A stretch of 64,000 nucleotides of DNA from Tetragenococcus sp. (GCA_041859945.1 JBFLGC010000008.1:1746-65745), one strand, 5' to 3'. Positions 28,953 to 39,929 are shown, numbered from the stretch's first letter. Notes: generated by a model not told the origin, from the sequence alone. Made by a program: numbers and translations.

Positions 28953-31574
28953 ATGACAACGATGCATTTGACCATTCAAAAAAATTGGACAGCTTTTTGG
29001 GAAGACCAAACGAGTTGCACTTACACGGGACCTTTACTTGATCGTTTAAAACATTTGATAAATGATTTAAGAGCTCATGATACCACAGCTGGAACGATCG
29101 CTCAGGAAGTTGTTTTCGAAAAAGAGGATACGACAATAGAATTGGCCCAATATTTGACAGAAACCTTAAACCGGCCTTTTGTGATAGGTAGCCCTGAAGA
29201 TTTAGCCGAAAAAACAGCTCAATTGCCTTGGGAAGTTACCTACCATGGCTATCATCCCGGTAAAGATGAATATTCGGTCGAGTCCTTACTCACAGTTGGC
29301 AATGGTTTTTTAGGTTTACGCGGAACGACGCCTGAAATGGAGATCGCCGATGCCAACTATCCAGCTCTTTATTTAGCGAGCCTTTATGACCGGGCGCCTT
29401 CACAAGTTTCCGATCGAACGATTTATAATGAAGATTTTGTCAATGCACCGAATCTACAAAAAATCTATTTAGTGGTCGATGACGAAAAAATCGACATTGC
29501 TTCTAATGAACCCACACAAATGAAACGACGCCTCGATCTCAAAACTGGGCTATTTGAAGCTTGGACATTATTTACATCAAAAAGCGGTAAAGAGATCGCC
29601 GTACATGCGCAAAAAATCGCGAATATGGTGGATACTCACCAATACAATGTCCGTTATGAATTTACACCATTGAATTTTTCAGGGGCGATCACCGTCGTCT
29701 CCGAGGCTGATGGGGCGGTCTATAATTACAATGTTGCCCGCTATCGTAGCCTCGAACAGAACCATTTGAAAGTCTTACAAACAACAGTCGATGGCCCCTT
29801 AGCTACTTTAACTGCCGAAACGATCCATTCTAAGATTCGTGTCGTACAAAAGGCCCAATTATTTAGTGACACACTTGATCTAAACACTTTAGTTACCAGT
29901 AAGGATGAGCAAAAAGTCTGGCAAAAGCTGACAGTGGCAGCTATCAAAGGGCACCCCTATGGTTTGGAAAAAAGTGTTTTTGTGCAACAAGCACGACTAG
30001 GAGAACCATTACCCGAAAATACGCCTATCTTCCAAACTTTTACGGAAAGTTACACTGATTCAAAAGAGGCTTGGGTAGAACTTTGGGAACAAGCCGCTAT
30101 CAAGGTCTCAGGAGATGTGATGTCGCAAAAATTATTGAACTTGCATACCTATCACCTCTTGTGTTCAGCTTCTCCTAACGGCAACAAGGATCTGGATGCT
30201 AGTATCACGGCGCGTGGCTTGCATGGTGAAGCCTATCGAGGACATATTTTCTGGGATGAATTATTCATCCTACCATTTTACATCTTGCATTTTCCCAAAA
30301 CGGCGCGCCAGTTGCTGCTGTATCGTTACCGCCGTTTACAGACCGCTAAAGAAGATGCGCAAAAAGCCGGCTATGAAGGGGCAATGTATCCTTGGCAATC
30401 CGGCCTTGACGGCTCTGAGCAATCGCAAGAATTACATTTGAACCCTATCAATGGTCAATGGAAAGAAGACAACAGTCGCTTGCAACGGCATGTCTCGTTG
30501 GCGATTGCTTATAACATTTGGCAGTATTGGCACAACACTCAAGATGCCGACTTTATGGAAAATTATGGTTTAGAAATGTTACTGGAGATCGCTCATTTCT
30601 GGCAAAGTACCGCCACATTTAACGAAGCGACCCAGCGTTATGATATCGATCGTGTCATGGGCCCTGATGAATTTCACGAAGCTTATCCAGGAGCCAAAAA
30701 TGGAGGGCTAAAAAACAATGCCTACACGAACATGATGGTCGTTTGGCTGTTTGAAGAAATTGCCGATTTGAGGGAACAATTTGCGCCTGAGACCTTTGCT
30801 GCTATTCAAGAAAAAACCGAAGTCACCGACGATTTGCTTGAATCCATGGAGACCATCAAACATCAATTAGCCTTAGAAATCAATGAGGATGGGATCATTG
30901 CCCAGTTTGCCGGTTATTTTGACTTAAAAGACTTAGATTGGGAGCATTACCGTAAAGAATATGGCAACATCTACCGGATGGATCGTATTTTAAATGCCGA
31001 AGGAAAGTCAGCAGATGCTTACAAGGTTTCTAAACAAGCGGATAGTTTGATGATCTTCTACAATTTTGCCAAAGAGCAAGTCGATACGATTTTAGAAGAC
31101 TTAGACTATTCTTTGCCAGAAGACTACGTGACCGGCAATTTGCATTATTATCTAAAAAGAACTTCTCACGGATCGACTTTGTCGCGAGTCGTGCATGCGC
31201 AATTGGCCGCCATGGTCGCAGATTTTGATTTGGCTTGGAAACTGTACCAAGAAGCCCTATATTCCGATTATCAAGATATCCAAGGAGGCACGACCGCTGA
31301 AGGGATCCACGCCGGTGTGATGGCAGCGACTTTGTACATTCCGCTAACGACCTTTGCTGGCCTTGATATCCGCCAACCGACGCTTCGTTTTGCGCCGAAT
31401 CTACCGGCAGCTTGGGATTCTATCCAATTTAAATTTAAAAATCGTGGCGTCGACTTTGATGTTTGTGTCGAAAAACAACGCTTGACTTTGACTGCTGATC
31501 AAGAAGTAGCTGTCACTGTCAATAATAAAGCCATTTTGCTAAAAGCAAACGAAACAAAAACGATCAACTATTAA
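28953..31574 (+). CDS. trePP: GH65 glycoside phosphorylase, probably trehalose-6-phosphate phosphorylase
   Basis: Start at MTTMHL, with an AAAGGAG RBS about 11 nt upstream; the track ORF has an 83-aa low-complexity upstream extension that is not credible. About 873 aa with the GH65 N-terminal, central (alpha/alpha)6 and C-terminal domains. Lies between a trehalose-PTS gene and pgmB, as in Lactococcus. Confidence 0.7.
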   Translation: MTTMHLTIQKNWTAFWEDQTSCTYTGPLLDRLKHLINDLRAHDTTAGTIAQEVVFEKEDTTIELAQYLTETLNRPFVIGSPEDLAEKTAQLPWEVTYHGYHPGKDEYSVESLLTVGNGFLGLRGTTPEMEIADANYPALYLASLYDRAPSQVSDRTIYNEDFVNAPNLQKIYLVVDDEKIDIASNEPTQMKRRLDLKTGLFEAWTLFTSKSGKEIAVHAQKIANMVDTHQYNVRYEFTPLNFSGAITVVSEADGAVYNYNVARYRSLEQNHLKVLQTTVDGPLATLTAETIHSKIRVVQKAQLFSDTLDLNTLVTSKDEQKVWQKLTVAAIKGHPYGLEKSVFVQQARLGEPLPENTPIFQTFTESYTDSKEAWVELWEQAAIKVSGDVMSQKLLNLHTYHLLCSASPNGNKDLDASITARGLHGEAYRGHIFWDELFILPFYILHFPKTARQLLLYRYRRLQTAKEDAQKAGYEGAMYPWQSGLDGSEQSQELHLNPINGQWKEDNSRLQRHVSLAIAYNIWQYWHNTQDADFMENYGLEMLLEIAHFWQSTATFNEATQRYDIDRVMGPDEFHEAYPGAKNGGLKNNAYTNMMVVWLFEEIADLREQFAPETFAAIQEKTEVTDDLLESMETIKHQLALEINEDGIIAQFAGYFDLKDLDWEHYRKEYGNIYRMDRILNAEGKSADAYKVSKQADSLMIFYNFAKEQVDTILEDLDYSLPEDYVTGNLHYYLKRTSHGSTLSRVVHAQLAAMVADFDLAWKLYQEALYSDYQDIQGGTTAEGIHAGVMAATLYIPLTTFAGLDIRQPTLRFAPNLPAAWDSIQFKFKNRGVDFDVCVEKQRLTLTADQEVAVTVNNKAILLKANETKTINY

Positions 31575-31589
31575 TGGAGGAATAAAGAA

Positions 31590-32411
31590 ATGAAAAAAGG
31601 ATTTGTCTTTGATTTGGATGGCGTGATCACCGATACCGCCAAATTCCATTATATTGCTTGGAAAGATCTCGCTGATTCGATCGGGATCACCATCGACCTT
31701 AAATTTAATGAACGCCTGAAAGGCATCAGCCGCATGGATTCTCTGGAGCGTATCTTGGTTTACGGTGGTAAAGATGCGGCCTATACACCTGCCGAAAAAG
31801 AAGCACTTGCGACGCAAAAAAATACTCATTATGTCGAACTGCTCCAAGCCTTGACGCCAGCCGACCTTTTGCCGGGTGTCAAAGAATTTTTGGCGGAAGC
31901 TAAAGCGTGTCAGGTGCCTTGTGTGATCGCTTCAGCCTCAAAAAATGCCCCTTTTATTTTGCAGGTTTCTGAAAGCGCGATCCGTGAAATCGTCGGCCGA
32001 CGTCCTGCACAGGACGTGTTCCGTGATAATCGTGCCGCCATTGCTGAATCGGTACGTGATATCGTTCAGGCAACATTGAACGGCTATGGCGCGGGTATCC
32101 AGATCACAGCACTTTCCATCGAAGATGCAGCGCCGCCGCGTGAAGTGACCGATGCCTTTGATGCCATCGTCGATCCAGCCAGTTTGCACAAAGGCAAACC
32201 CGATCCGGAGATTTTTATCAAAGCTGCCCAAGCAATCGGTTTAAAACCCGAAGAAGCAGTCGGTTTTGAAGATGCTCAGGCTGGAATCGATGGTATCAAA
32301 GCATGTGACATGTATGCCGTTGGGGTCATGTCAAACGAAGAACTCCATGGTGCTGATGTTGTTGTGAAAAAACTGACTGACCTGTCAGTGGCTGATTTAT
32401 TAGAAAAATAG
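31590..32411 (+). CDS. pgmB: beta-phosphoglucomutase carrying an in-frame 64-aa HflK/SPFH-like insertion
   Basis: HAD motif I FDLDGVITDT, motif II ASAS, and KGKPDPEIF. Colinear with L. lactis beta-PGM except that residues 126-189 (VSESAIREIVGRR..GAGIQITALSIEDAAPPREVTDA) replace the 8-aa segment ERMNLTGY. Total length is 273 aa against about 221 for a normal beta-PGM. Confidence 0.75.
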   Translation: MKKGFVFDLDGVITDTAKFHYIAWKDLADSIGITIDLKFNERLKGISRMDSLERILVYGGKDAAYTPAEKEALATQKNTHYVELLQALTPADLLPGVKEFLAEAKACQVPCVIASASKNAPFILQVSESAIREIVGRRPAQDVFRDNRAAIAESVRDIVQATLNGYGAGIQITALSIEDAAPPREVTDAFDAIVDPASLHKGKPDPEIFIKAAQAIGLKPEEAVGFEDAQAGIDGIKACDMYAVGVMSNEELHGADVVVKKLTDLSVADLLEK

Positions 32412-32460
32412 CACTGCTTTCTAACTGCTTATTGTTATACTAATTGTAGGAGGAAAGGAA

Positions 32461-33177
32461 ATGAATAAATTTAGGGAGATCTTCTTAGATCTGGAACAAA
32501 AAATAGTGGCCGGGGATTATCCGGCCCACAGTCTACTTCCAAGTGAAAATCAGCTGATCAAAATATACGCCGTATCAAGAGAAACCGTGCGTAAAGCTTT
32601 AAATATGCTTCAGGATGCCGGCTACATTCAAAAAAAGCAAGGTAAAGGTTCGATCGTTCTAGATTTGAATCGCTTTGATTTTCCGATCTCGGGATTGACC
32701 AGTTTCCGCGAATTACAAGAGACACAACAGATTCCTAGCCAAACCAAGGTAGTCGAGATCCATAAGATCGCTGTTTCCCCAAAATTACATGAAATCACCG
32801 ACTGGCCGGTCGCTTCTGAAAGCTGGAAATTGATCCGCCAACGTTCGATCGATGGAGAAGTCGTCATTTTAGATAAAGATTACCTAGATGCCACGATCAT
32901 TCCAGAGCTTCCCAAAGAAGAGGCCGAGCATTCGATCTACGATTATTTTGAAAAACAATTAGGACTAGACATCTCTTACGCGCAAAAAGAAATCACCGTC
33001 GAACCAGTCACCAAAGAGATGCGTGATCTCATGAATCTACGTCCCGAAGACCAACATGTCGTCATCGTCAGGAGTTTGGTCTATCTTGAAGACACGCGTT
33101 GCTTCGAATATACCGAATCGATCCACCGCCTTGATAAATTTCGTTTTGTTGATTTTGCCAGAAGACGGAAAATGTAA
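32461..33177 (+). CDS. treR: GntR/HutC-family trehalose operon repressor
   Basis: 238 aa. N-terminal GntR HTH (LPSENQLIKIYAVSRETVRKAL) plus a UTRA effector domain. Confidence 0.75.
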   Translation: MNKFREIFLDLEQKIVAGDYPAHSLLPSENQLIKIYAVSRETVRKALNMLQDAGYIQKKQGKGSIVLDLNRFDFPISGLTSFRELQETQQIPSQTKVVEIHKIAVSPKLHEITDWPVASESWKLIRQRSIDGEVVILDKDYLDATIIPELPKEEAEHSIYDYFEKQLGLDISYAQKEITVEPVTKEMRDLMNLRPEDQHVVIVRSLVYLEDTRCFEYTESIHRLDKFRFVDFARRRKM

Positions 33178-33192
33178 AACGCTCGGACAAAC

Positions 33193-33230
33193 AGGCCGCT
33201 CCCATCTTGGGACGGCCTATTTGCGTTTTT
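33193..33230 (+). terminator. terminator after treR
   Basis: AGGCCG ctcccatcttggga CGGCCT followed by a T-run. Confidence 0.6.
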
Positions 33231-33235
33231 TCATA

Positions 33236-34390
33236 CTAATTGCTTTTAATATCATTGATTTCTTTCGTTTGACTTAGACGTTCGTAATAGAAAGGTTTAT
33301 GACTGATCCAATCAATTCCCATCGCAATGAGCAAGCCAAAAAGTAGCAGTACAAAAGCAAAAAAGAGACCTAAATAAACCGTCGTAAGGATGCTAAAGAG
33401 CTCATCCGTGTTATTTTCATTAAACAAGCGATTAAAGTAACTAGCCCCAATACTTAAAATAGACGTCAAGCTGTAAAGCCAAGTATAACGGCTAAAAAAA
33501 TCTTTAAACTGCCCTTTTTGCCCGTCGTTTCGAACAACTTTGATTCTAACTATTTTCTTACCAACTGTTCTTCCTTCAAAAAACGTTGGCAACACGATAA
33601 AATATAATAAGACTTGCAAGATTCGACTGAAGACTAGGTAAACAAGGTTTTGTATCAACGATTTGGACAAAAAAATCTCGATACTATTCGTTACAAAATT
33701 TATCAAAACCCAATCGATCAAAAAAGCCACGAAACGTCGTGTCAGGGTAATATTTTGACCTTTTTCATAAGCTAGAACATCGATTTTCTCACGGGCCGGG
33801 AAAATTTTCTCAACGACCGGAGCAAAACCGTAACCGATCACAGCACCCAAAGTATTATTGATCAAATCATCGACATCAGCTAAACGATAAGGTCGGGGGT
33901 AGATAAAATACAGGCCCGTGAATTGAGTAAACTCAAAGAAGAAAGACAGACAGAAACCCAAGAGCATCGTTTTTTTGAACGAAAAGTTGAAATAATAACG
34001 TAAATAGACACCAAAAGGAATTGTCAGAAGGATGTTAAATAAGGGCTCGAGCACTACACCTTGTTTTAAAGCTGGTAAATAGGTGCGAGGATCTTTAAAG
34101 TCCAAAACAGTCTCGGTCAAGAATCGGCTGACATTGGCGAAGGGACGCAATTGAATCTTCATTGTCGTCATCTGGGCCACCTCGGCGCGCGGTGGTAAGG
34201 GTAAAATAACTAAAAAAAAGGCACAAAGCAGATAGAAGATAAAGCTATATAAAATAAAGCCTTTGATCAAAGGAAACGCTCCATATTTGCGATACTCTTT
34301 GATTAGTAGTGGAAGCGCCAGTAAAAAAGCTAGTATCGGGAAAGTCAACAACGCTACTTTGATAGGAAAAGCATATATTGCCATACTCAA
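33236..34390 (-). CDS. membrane protein, VanZ-like domain fused to an RDD-family domain
   Basis: 384 aa. N-terminal VanZ-like multi-TM region, C-terminal RDD motif (RRFVAFLIDWVL). Confidence 0.6.
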   Translation of the reverse strand: MSMAIYAFPIKVALLTFPILAFLLALPLLIKEYRKYGAFPLIKGFILYSFIFYLLCAFFLVILPLPPRAEVAQMTTMKIQLRPFANVSRFLTETVLDFKDPRTYLPALKQGVVLEPLFNILLTIPFGVYLRYYFNFSFKKTMLLGFCLSFFFEFTQFTGLYFIYPRPYRLADVDDLINNTLGAVIGYGFAPVVEKIFPAREKIDVLAYEKGQNITLTRRFVAFLIDWVLINFVTNSIEIFLSKSLIQNLVYLVFSRILQVLLYFIVLPTFFEGRTVGKKIVRIKVVRNDGQKGQFKDFFSRYTWLYSLTSILSIGASYFNRLFNENNTDELFSILTTVYLGLFFAFVLLLFGLLIAMGIDWISHKPFYYERLSQTKEINDIKSN

Positions 34391-34400
34391 CCTCCTAAAT

Positions 34401-34817
34401 TCATTTAGATTGATTATACAAGTATTTCACTAAACATGCGATTGAAATGTTTCCGGTCAGTACAAGCAGAATCGTCAAAACATTGACCAAACTATGATTG
34501 ATCACACCAAAGGCTAGACTCAAAAGAAACAAAGTAGGTAAAGCGTATATAAGAATGTGTCTCTTTCTCAATCCAACCTTTGTTGTTTGACCGGCTTGTG
34601 CAGAAAGCTCTACTTTTTCTTGCTCATCACGGATCAGATAGTCGATCGTTACGTCAAAAAGATTAGCAATAGCAATCATCTTGGAAGTTTCTGGTACAGC
34701 CCTTCCGGTTTCCCACTTTGAAATAGCTTGGCGAGAGACCCCCACCTTCTCACTCAACTCCGCTTGGCTCAACCCAGCTTTTTTCCTCAATAAAAACAAT
34801 TTTTCTTCAAACTGCAC
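34401..34817 (-). CDS. XRE-family HTH regulator with a C-terminal membrane anchor
   Basis: HTH LSQAELSEKVGVSRQAISKWE and a C-terminal TM segment. Ten nt upstream of the VanZ-RDD gene, so probably an operon. Confidence 0.65.
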   Translation of the reverse strand: MQFEEKLFLLRKKAGLSQAELSEKVGVSRQAISKWETGRAVPETSKMIAIANLFDVTIDYLIRDEQEKVELSAQAGQTTKVGLRKRHILIYALPTLFLLSLAFGVINHSLVNVLTILLVLTGNISIACLVKYLYNQSK

Positions 34818-35344
34818 AAAAATCCCTCCTCATCTTTGCCCTATTTTACCAATTTTAGCTGCAAAAGAAAATCACCTTTATCTTGCAATCAGACAACCTA
34901 CAGTTGCACATGGCAATTAAGTCACCCACCATTCTTTCAGTTTTTTCTCAAGTTTTAGTGTGAATTTTTTAAAGGAAATTTTGTACTGAAGATCAAAGAC
35001 AAGTGGTACAAGAAGAAATGAGATGACCGGGCGAATGAACACTTACTAGGAGCCAACAACGGTTCTCGTTTTTTGATTTCGAGAGTCTTTATGGATACTA
35101 AAACGCAAATTCGATAGCCAATTCTGGATTCGTTGTCAAAGATACTTGCTTGTTAATTGTGGTACCTTTCGTTCAATAAAACTAATACGTCAGGATCTAA
35201 ACCACACTTTAAAATATATTTCCTTAATAGTTAAGAAAAAACCGTTCTTTTCCAGATCTTTTTTGCATTATGAGTCAAACGTCACTCTTATAGACAAGGC
35301 TAGTCCGATTTTCTTAACTACATCCCCAAACATTTCCTTTATTC

Positions 35345-35390
35345 ACATGCAAAAACCCGCTCTGGCTTTCCAGAACGGGTTTTAAATTTC
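35345..35390 (-). terminator. terminator downstream of rny
   Basis: AAACCCGTTCTGG aaag CCAGAGCGGGTTT followed by a U-run. Confidence 0.65.
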
Positions 35391-36947
35391 TTATTTTGCG
35401 TAGTCGACGGCGCGGGTTTCGCGGATCACGACGACTTTGATATTACCAGGATAATCCAAATCTTTTTCAATACGTTTGCGTATATCACGAACAAGTCGGA
35501 CCGCATCCAAATCAGAAATTTCTTCTGGTTTGACCATGACACGGATCTCACGGCCTGCTTGGACCGCAAAACTATTTGAAACACCCTCAAAATCATTGGC
35601 AATATTTTCGAGGTTTTCTAAACGACGAATATAATTTTCTAACGATTCGCTCCGAGCCCCAGGTCGCGCTGCAGATAAAGCATCGGCTGCGGCTACTAAT
35701 ACTGAAATCACTGAAGTAGCTTCGATATCGCCATGATGTGAGGCGATAGCATTGATCACAACGCGATTTTCTTTGTATTTAGCGGCAAGTTCAGCTCCGA
35801 TTTGGACGTGTGAGCCTTCGATCTCGTGATCCAAAGCTTTGCCGATATCATGCAGTAAGCCGGCACGTTTGGCTAGTTGAACATCTTCACCAAGTTCAGC
35901 AGCCATGACACCGGTCAGTTTGGCCACTTCGATCGAGTGATTCAAAACATTTTGGCCGTAACTGGTACGGAAATGCAAGCGGCCCAAAATCTTAATCAAA
36001 TCAGGATGTAAAGTATGTGCGCCCACTTCAAAAGCGGCTTGTTCTCCATATTCACGGATGCGTTCATCCATTTCCTTGCGTGATTTTTCGACCATTTCTT
36101 CGATACGGGCTGGATGAATCCGACCATCTTGGATCAGTTTTTCCAAAGTCATGCGGGCGATTTCGCGACGGATCGGATCAAAGCCTGACAACACGACTGC
36201 TTCTGGCGTATCATCAATAATCAAATCGATCCCTGTCAAAGTTTCCAGAGTGCGGATATTTCGGCCTTCACGACCGATGATCCGCCCTTTCATTTCATCA
36301 TTTGGCAGAGTCACGACAGAAACCGTGGTCTCTGATACTTGGTCAGCTGCACAGCGTTGGATCGCCATAGTTAAGATATTCTTGGCTTTGCGATCGGCTT
36401 CTTCTTTTGCTTTTTGTTCTGATTCTTTTACCATTAAGGTCAATTCATGATTCAACTCTTCTTCAGTCGATTTCATGATAATATCTTTGGCATCGTCTTT
36501 TGTTAAAGCGGCGACACGTTCTAATTCAGATTGTTGCTCTTCAATAAGTTTTTCGACTTCTTTTTCTCGCTCGTCAATTAATTGCTGTTTATCACTGACT
36601 TTATTTTCTTTTTTTGTCAATGAACGTTCACGTTTCTCCAAAGAATCATCTTTGCGATCAAGTAATTGTTCTCTTTGTAGTAAGCGATTTTCTTGCGATT
36701 TTAATTCAAGTCTATCTTCTTTCAACTCACTTTCAATTTCTGACCGATATTTCTGATTTTCTTCCTTAGCTTCAACTAACGCTTCTTTTTTCAGATTTTC
36801 TGCTTCTTTTTTCGCATTTGACAAGATACTTTCAGCACTACTATTGGCGCCGTCTATTTCTTTTTCATGACGATTCTTGGCAACAATAAACCCAATAAAA
36901 AGTCCCACAATTAAACCGATGATAGCGAGGAGAATTTTAGGTCCCAT
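35391..36947 (-). CDS. rny: ribonuclease Y
   Basis: 518 aa. N-terminal TM helix, coiled coil, KH domain ([11 protein letters not shown]) and HD domain (LLHDIGK). Confidence 0.9.
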   Translation of the reverse strand: MGPKILLAIIGLIVGLFIGFIVAKNRHEKEIDGANSSAESILSNAKKEAENLKKEALVEAKEENQKYRSEIESELKEDRLELKSQENRLLQREQLLDRKDDSLEKRERSLTKKENKVSDKQQLIDEREKEVEKLIEEQQSELERVAALTKDDAKDIIMKSTEEELNHELTLMVKESEQKAKEEADRKAKNILTMAIQRCAADQVSETTVSVVTLPNDEMKGRIIGREGRNIRTLETLTGIDLIIDDTPEAVVLSGFDPIRREIARMTLEKLIQDGRIHPARIEEMVEKSRKEMDERIREYGEQAAFEVGAHTLHPDLIKILGRLHFRTSYGQNVLNHSIEVAKLTGVMAAELGEDVQLAKRAGLLHDIGKALDHEIEGSHVQIGAELAAKYKENRVVINAIASHHGDIEATSVISVLVAAADALSAARPGARSESLENYIRRLENLENIANDFEGVSNSFAVQAGREIRVMVKPEEISDLDAVRLVRDIRKRIEKDLDYPGNIKVVVIRETRAVDYAK

Positions 36948-37501
36948 GGTAAATCACCTCCTACTATCTTTTTATTCAAATCTGTAGTTTTTTTGATAAG
37001 CCTACTTACTCTAAAATTATCAATATGCCTACTCCATATGTGTGTTAGGTACACATATTTATTCTAATGTTTGTAAGAGTTGGTGTCAACTGGGAAAGTT
37101 AGTTTCTCTCCTTACTTTTGAAAATCAAGACAGTTTTTTTTACGCTTTTTTAAGGTCGAATAACATCTTAATTTAAGCTTATTAATGACTGATATGAAGA
37201 ACAAAAGAGGCGACCTATTAAACTTTTTGATGCCTATTGACAATTTGTCTTATTTTCTGATACCTACCTTATAAAAAATTCTTTACCTTAAAAAAATGAG
37301 ACTATTTTTCGCTATTGCCATTTTCCCTTGCTATATCAACGATTTTTATTTTTCAAAGTAAATGTAAGCTTTTTCTTTAATAGTTATTTTATTCCTTTTA
37401 CTTGCTTAAACAGCTATTTATTTATTTTTTAAAACCATTTTTATGAAAGCGATTTTGTTTTATTTTTAATAATATGATAAATTACTTTTCGAGGTGATAA
37501 A

Positions 37502-38518
37502 ATGTTTGCAAAATTACTAGAAAAAAATGACAAAATCATGTACCAACTATTTTATGAATTAAAAGCAGCGAACACGCAAAATATCGCAACGCTTGCGATT
37601 AAGACAGGCATCGAAAGCCAGAGTCTGCGACGCTTGATCAGCCTGTGGTCAAATCATAAAGAGTATCTAACCACAGGTGTTTCTTTTGTTTGTCAAAAAG
37701 ACTTGATCACTGTTTTCGTTACTGGAAACACGGAAGAGACCTTTTATAGTACTCTTTTGCGTCGAAGCAAAACCTTTCAGTTGCTGCTTTCAGTCATACG
37801 TGATCCTTATGCTCGTTTCAATAAATTAGCAAGCATTATTGGCGTTTCAGAAGTGACTTTGCGCAGACGTAAAAAAATTTTAAATGACTTTTTGACCGAC
37901 TACCAAGTGACCCTATCTTTTGAATGCGATCCTGTCTTAAAAGGAGAAGAAACGCAGATACGTTGGCTTTTCCTATTGGTTTCACTAGCCTACGATCCAC
38001 CTTTTGTTTACCAAGGATCCACTATTTTCTCACGTTATGAAGAAGTTCAGCAATTTCGCATTCGCCAAGGATTTACGTTGCATGACTCTAATGCTTTTGC
38101 AACAAATACTTGCTACCAACTGCCTTTCCAACTAGATGACCATTCCTTACTATACATTTGGAGACAATTGACCGGCTGCATTCCCTTGGAGGTAAGTAGT
38201 GAAGTCAGTGACGCGATCACTTTTGCTTTGAATAAGGCTTTTGACCAACCTAATTGGTTATTAGATTACTACAAGCAAAAAATCATTCATTGGTACTGTT
38301 TGGCCACTTTTTTTCATGGATCGATCCTTCCTGAATTTCCCAATCAAGCCAAACTCAGTAAACCGGTCCAAGCTTTCCATGACGGTCTACTAAATCAGTT
38401 AAAAGACTATGCAACAATTTCAAAGCAACATCCTGAATTACTGACAATTTTTATGTATTTACTCGATCGAGCCCATTTTAATGCGAATATTTCTCAAATT
38501 TCTGAAGATGATGACTAA
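37502..38518 (+). CDS. putative Mga-like HTH transcriptional regulator (short form, no PTS-regulation domain)
   Basis: The N-terminus MYQLFYELKAANTQNIATLAIKTGIESQSLRRLISLW resembles an HTH_Mga domain. 338 aa, preceded by about 550 bp of very AT-rich DNA. Confidence 0.4.
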   Translation: MFAKLLEKNDKIMYQLFYELKAANTQNIATLAIKTGIESQSLRRLISLWSNHKEYLTTGVSFVCQKDLITVFVTGNTEETFYSTLLRRSKTFQLLLSVIRDPYARFNKLASIIGVSEVTLRRRKKILNDFLTDYQVTLSFECDPVLKGEETQIRWLFLLVSLAYDPPFVYQGSTIFSRYEEVQQFRIRQGFTLHDSNAFATNTCYQLPFQLDDHSLLYIWRQLTGCIPLEVSSEVSDAITFALNKAFDQPNWLLDYYKQKIIHWYCLATFFHGSILPEFPNQAKLSKPVQAFHDGLLNQLKDYATISKQHPELLTIFMYLLDRAHFNANISQISEDDD

Positions 38519-38606
38519 AGGATCATTGCTCTTAAAAATGACGAAAAGATGGAACTTTTCTAAAAGTCCCATCTTCTTGCCTCTGTCTATTATATCCAGT
38601 TATTTT

Positions 38607-39914
38607 TTATACTAGATAGTCATTCAAGCAGTTCTTGATGTATTCCAAATGACTAGATTCGACATTAGCATCATCGTGTTTAAGTGCATAAGCGGTCAAA
38701 GACTCGAGGTCTTCTTCGTTTGCGATGATCTTTTTGCCGATGCCGGTTTTAAAGCTGGCATAACGTTTTTCTTTGATATCATCAAAGAAATGATCTTCTT
38801 TTAATTTTGCCGCAGCTTTGAGACCGCGAGCATAGGTATCCATGCCGGCGATATGCGCTAATAATAGATCTTCCATTTCAAAAGAAGAACGACGGACTTT
38901 GGCGTCGAAATTGATCCCACCTGGTGCGATGCCGCCATTCTCTAAGACTTCATACATAGCAAGGGTCGTATCAAAAATGTTAGTCGGGAATTCATCCGTA
39001 TCCCAACCTAACAAGACGTCCCCTTGGTTAGCATCCATCGAACCTAAAGCATCGTATTGTCGTGCCACATTTAATTCATGTTCAAAGGTATGACCGGCTA
39101 AAGTCGCATGGTTGGCTTCCAAGTTCAATTTGAAGTCACCTGTTAATCCGTATTTTTGGATAAATGCCATGGCTGTAGCGGCATCAAAGTCATATTGATG
39201 TTTCGATGGTTCTTTAGGTTTAGGCTCCAATAAGAATTGTGGTTTATGACCGATCTTTTCACCATAAGCAATCGCCATTTTAAACATGCGTGCAATATTG
39301 TCTTGTTCAAAGCCCATATCGGTATTGAGTAAAGATTCATAACCTTCACGCCCGCCCCAGAAGACATAATTTTGCCCGCCCAATTTTTTCGAAAGATCTA
39401 AGCCTTTTTTGATTTGGGCGGCAGCATAAGCATAAACATCCGCCTCGTTGGTCGAAGCTGCACCATTGGTATAACGGGGATGAGTAAACATATTGGCCGT
39501 ATTCCACAATAGTTTGATACCGGTTTGGTCCATCTTTTCTTTGATCAAATCGGTGATTTCATCCAAGTTGTCGTAAAACTCTTGTAGTGAATCGCCTTGC
39601 GGGGCTATATCGACATCATGGAAACAGAAATATTCAGCGCCTAATTTTTCACAGATTTCAAAAAAAGCATCGACCCGGTTTTTGGCCGTTTCCATTTCTG
39701 TTTCGCCAAACCAGCTACGCCGATTGATCGGTGCCCCAAAAGGATCGGAGCCGTCTTGGGTCATAGTATGCCAGTAAGCCACGGCAAAACGCAGGTGATC
39801 TTTCATCTTTTTGCCCAGCACTTCTTCTTCGGCATTATAATGACGAAAAGCCAGTGGATTTTTTGTGTCAGGACCTTCATACTTGATTTTGTCTACATTT
39901 GGAAAATAACTCAT
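38607..39914 (-). CDS. xylA: xylose isomerase
   Basis: 435 aa. Begins MSYFPNVDKIKYEGPDTKNPLAFRHYN and contains ..FHDVD... Confidence 0.9.
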   Translation of the reverse strand: MSYFPNVDKIKYEGPDTKNPLAFRHYNAEEEVLGKKMKDHLRFAVAYWHTMTQDGSDPFGAPINRRSWFGETEMETAKNRVDAFFEICEKLGAEYFCFHDVDIAPQGDSLQEFYDNLDEITDLIKEKMDQTGIKLLWNTANMFTHPRYTNGAASTNEADVYAYAAAQIKKGLDLSKKLGGQNYVFWGGREGYESLLNTDMGFEQDNIARMFKMAIAYGEKIGHKPQFLLEPKPKEPSKHQYDFDAATAMAFIQKYGLTGDFKLNLEANHATLAGHTFEHELNVARQYDALGSMDANQGDVLLGWDTDEFPTNIFDTTLAMYEVLENGGIAPGGINFDAKVRRSSFEMEDLLLAHIAGMDTYARGLKAAAKLKEDHFFDDIKEKRYASFKTGIGKKIIANEEDLESLTAYALKHDDANVESSHLEYIKNCLNDYLV

Positions 39915-39929
39915 AGTGATTCCTCCTAA

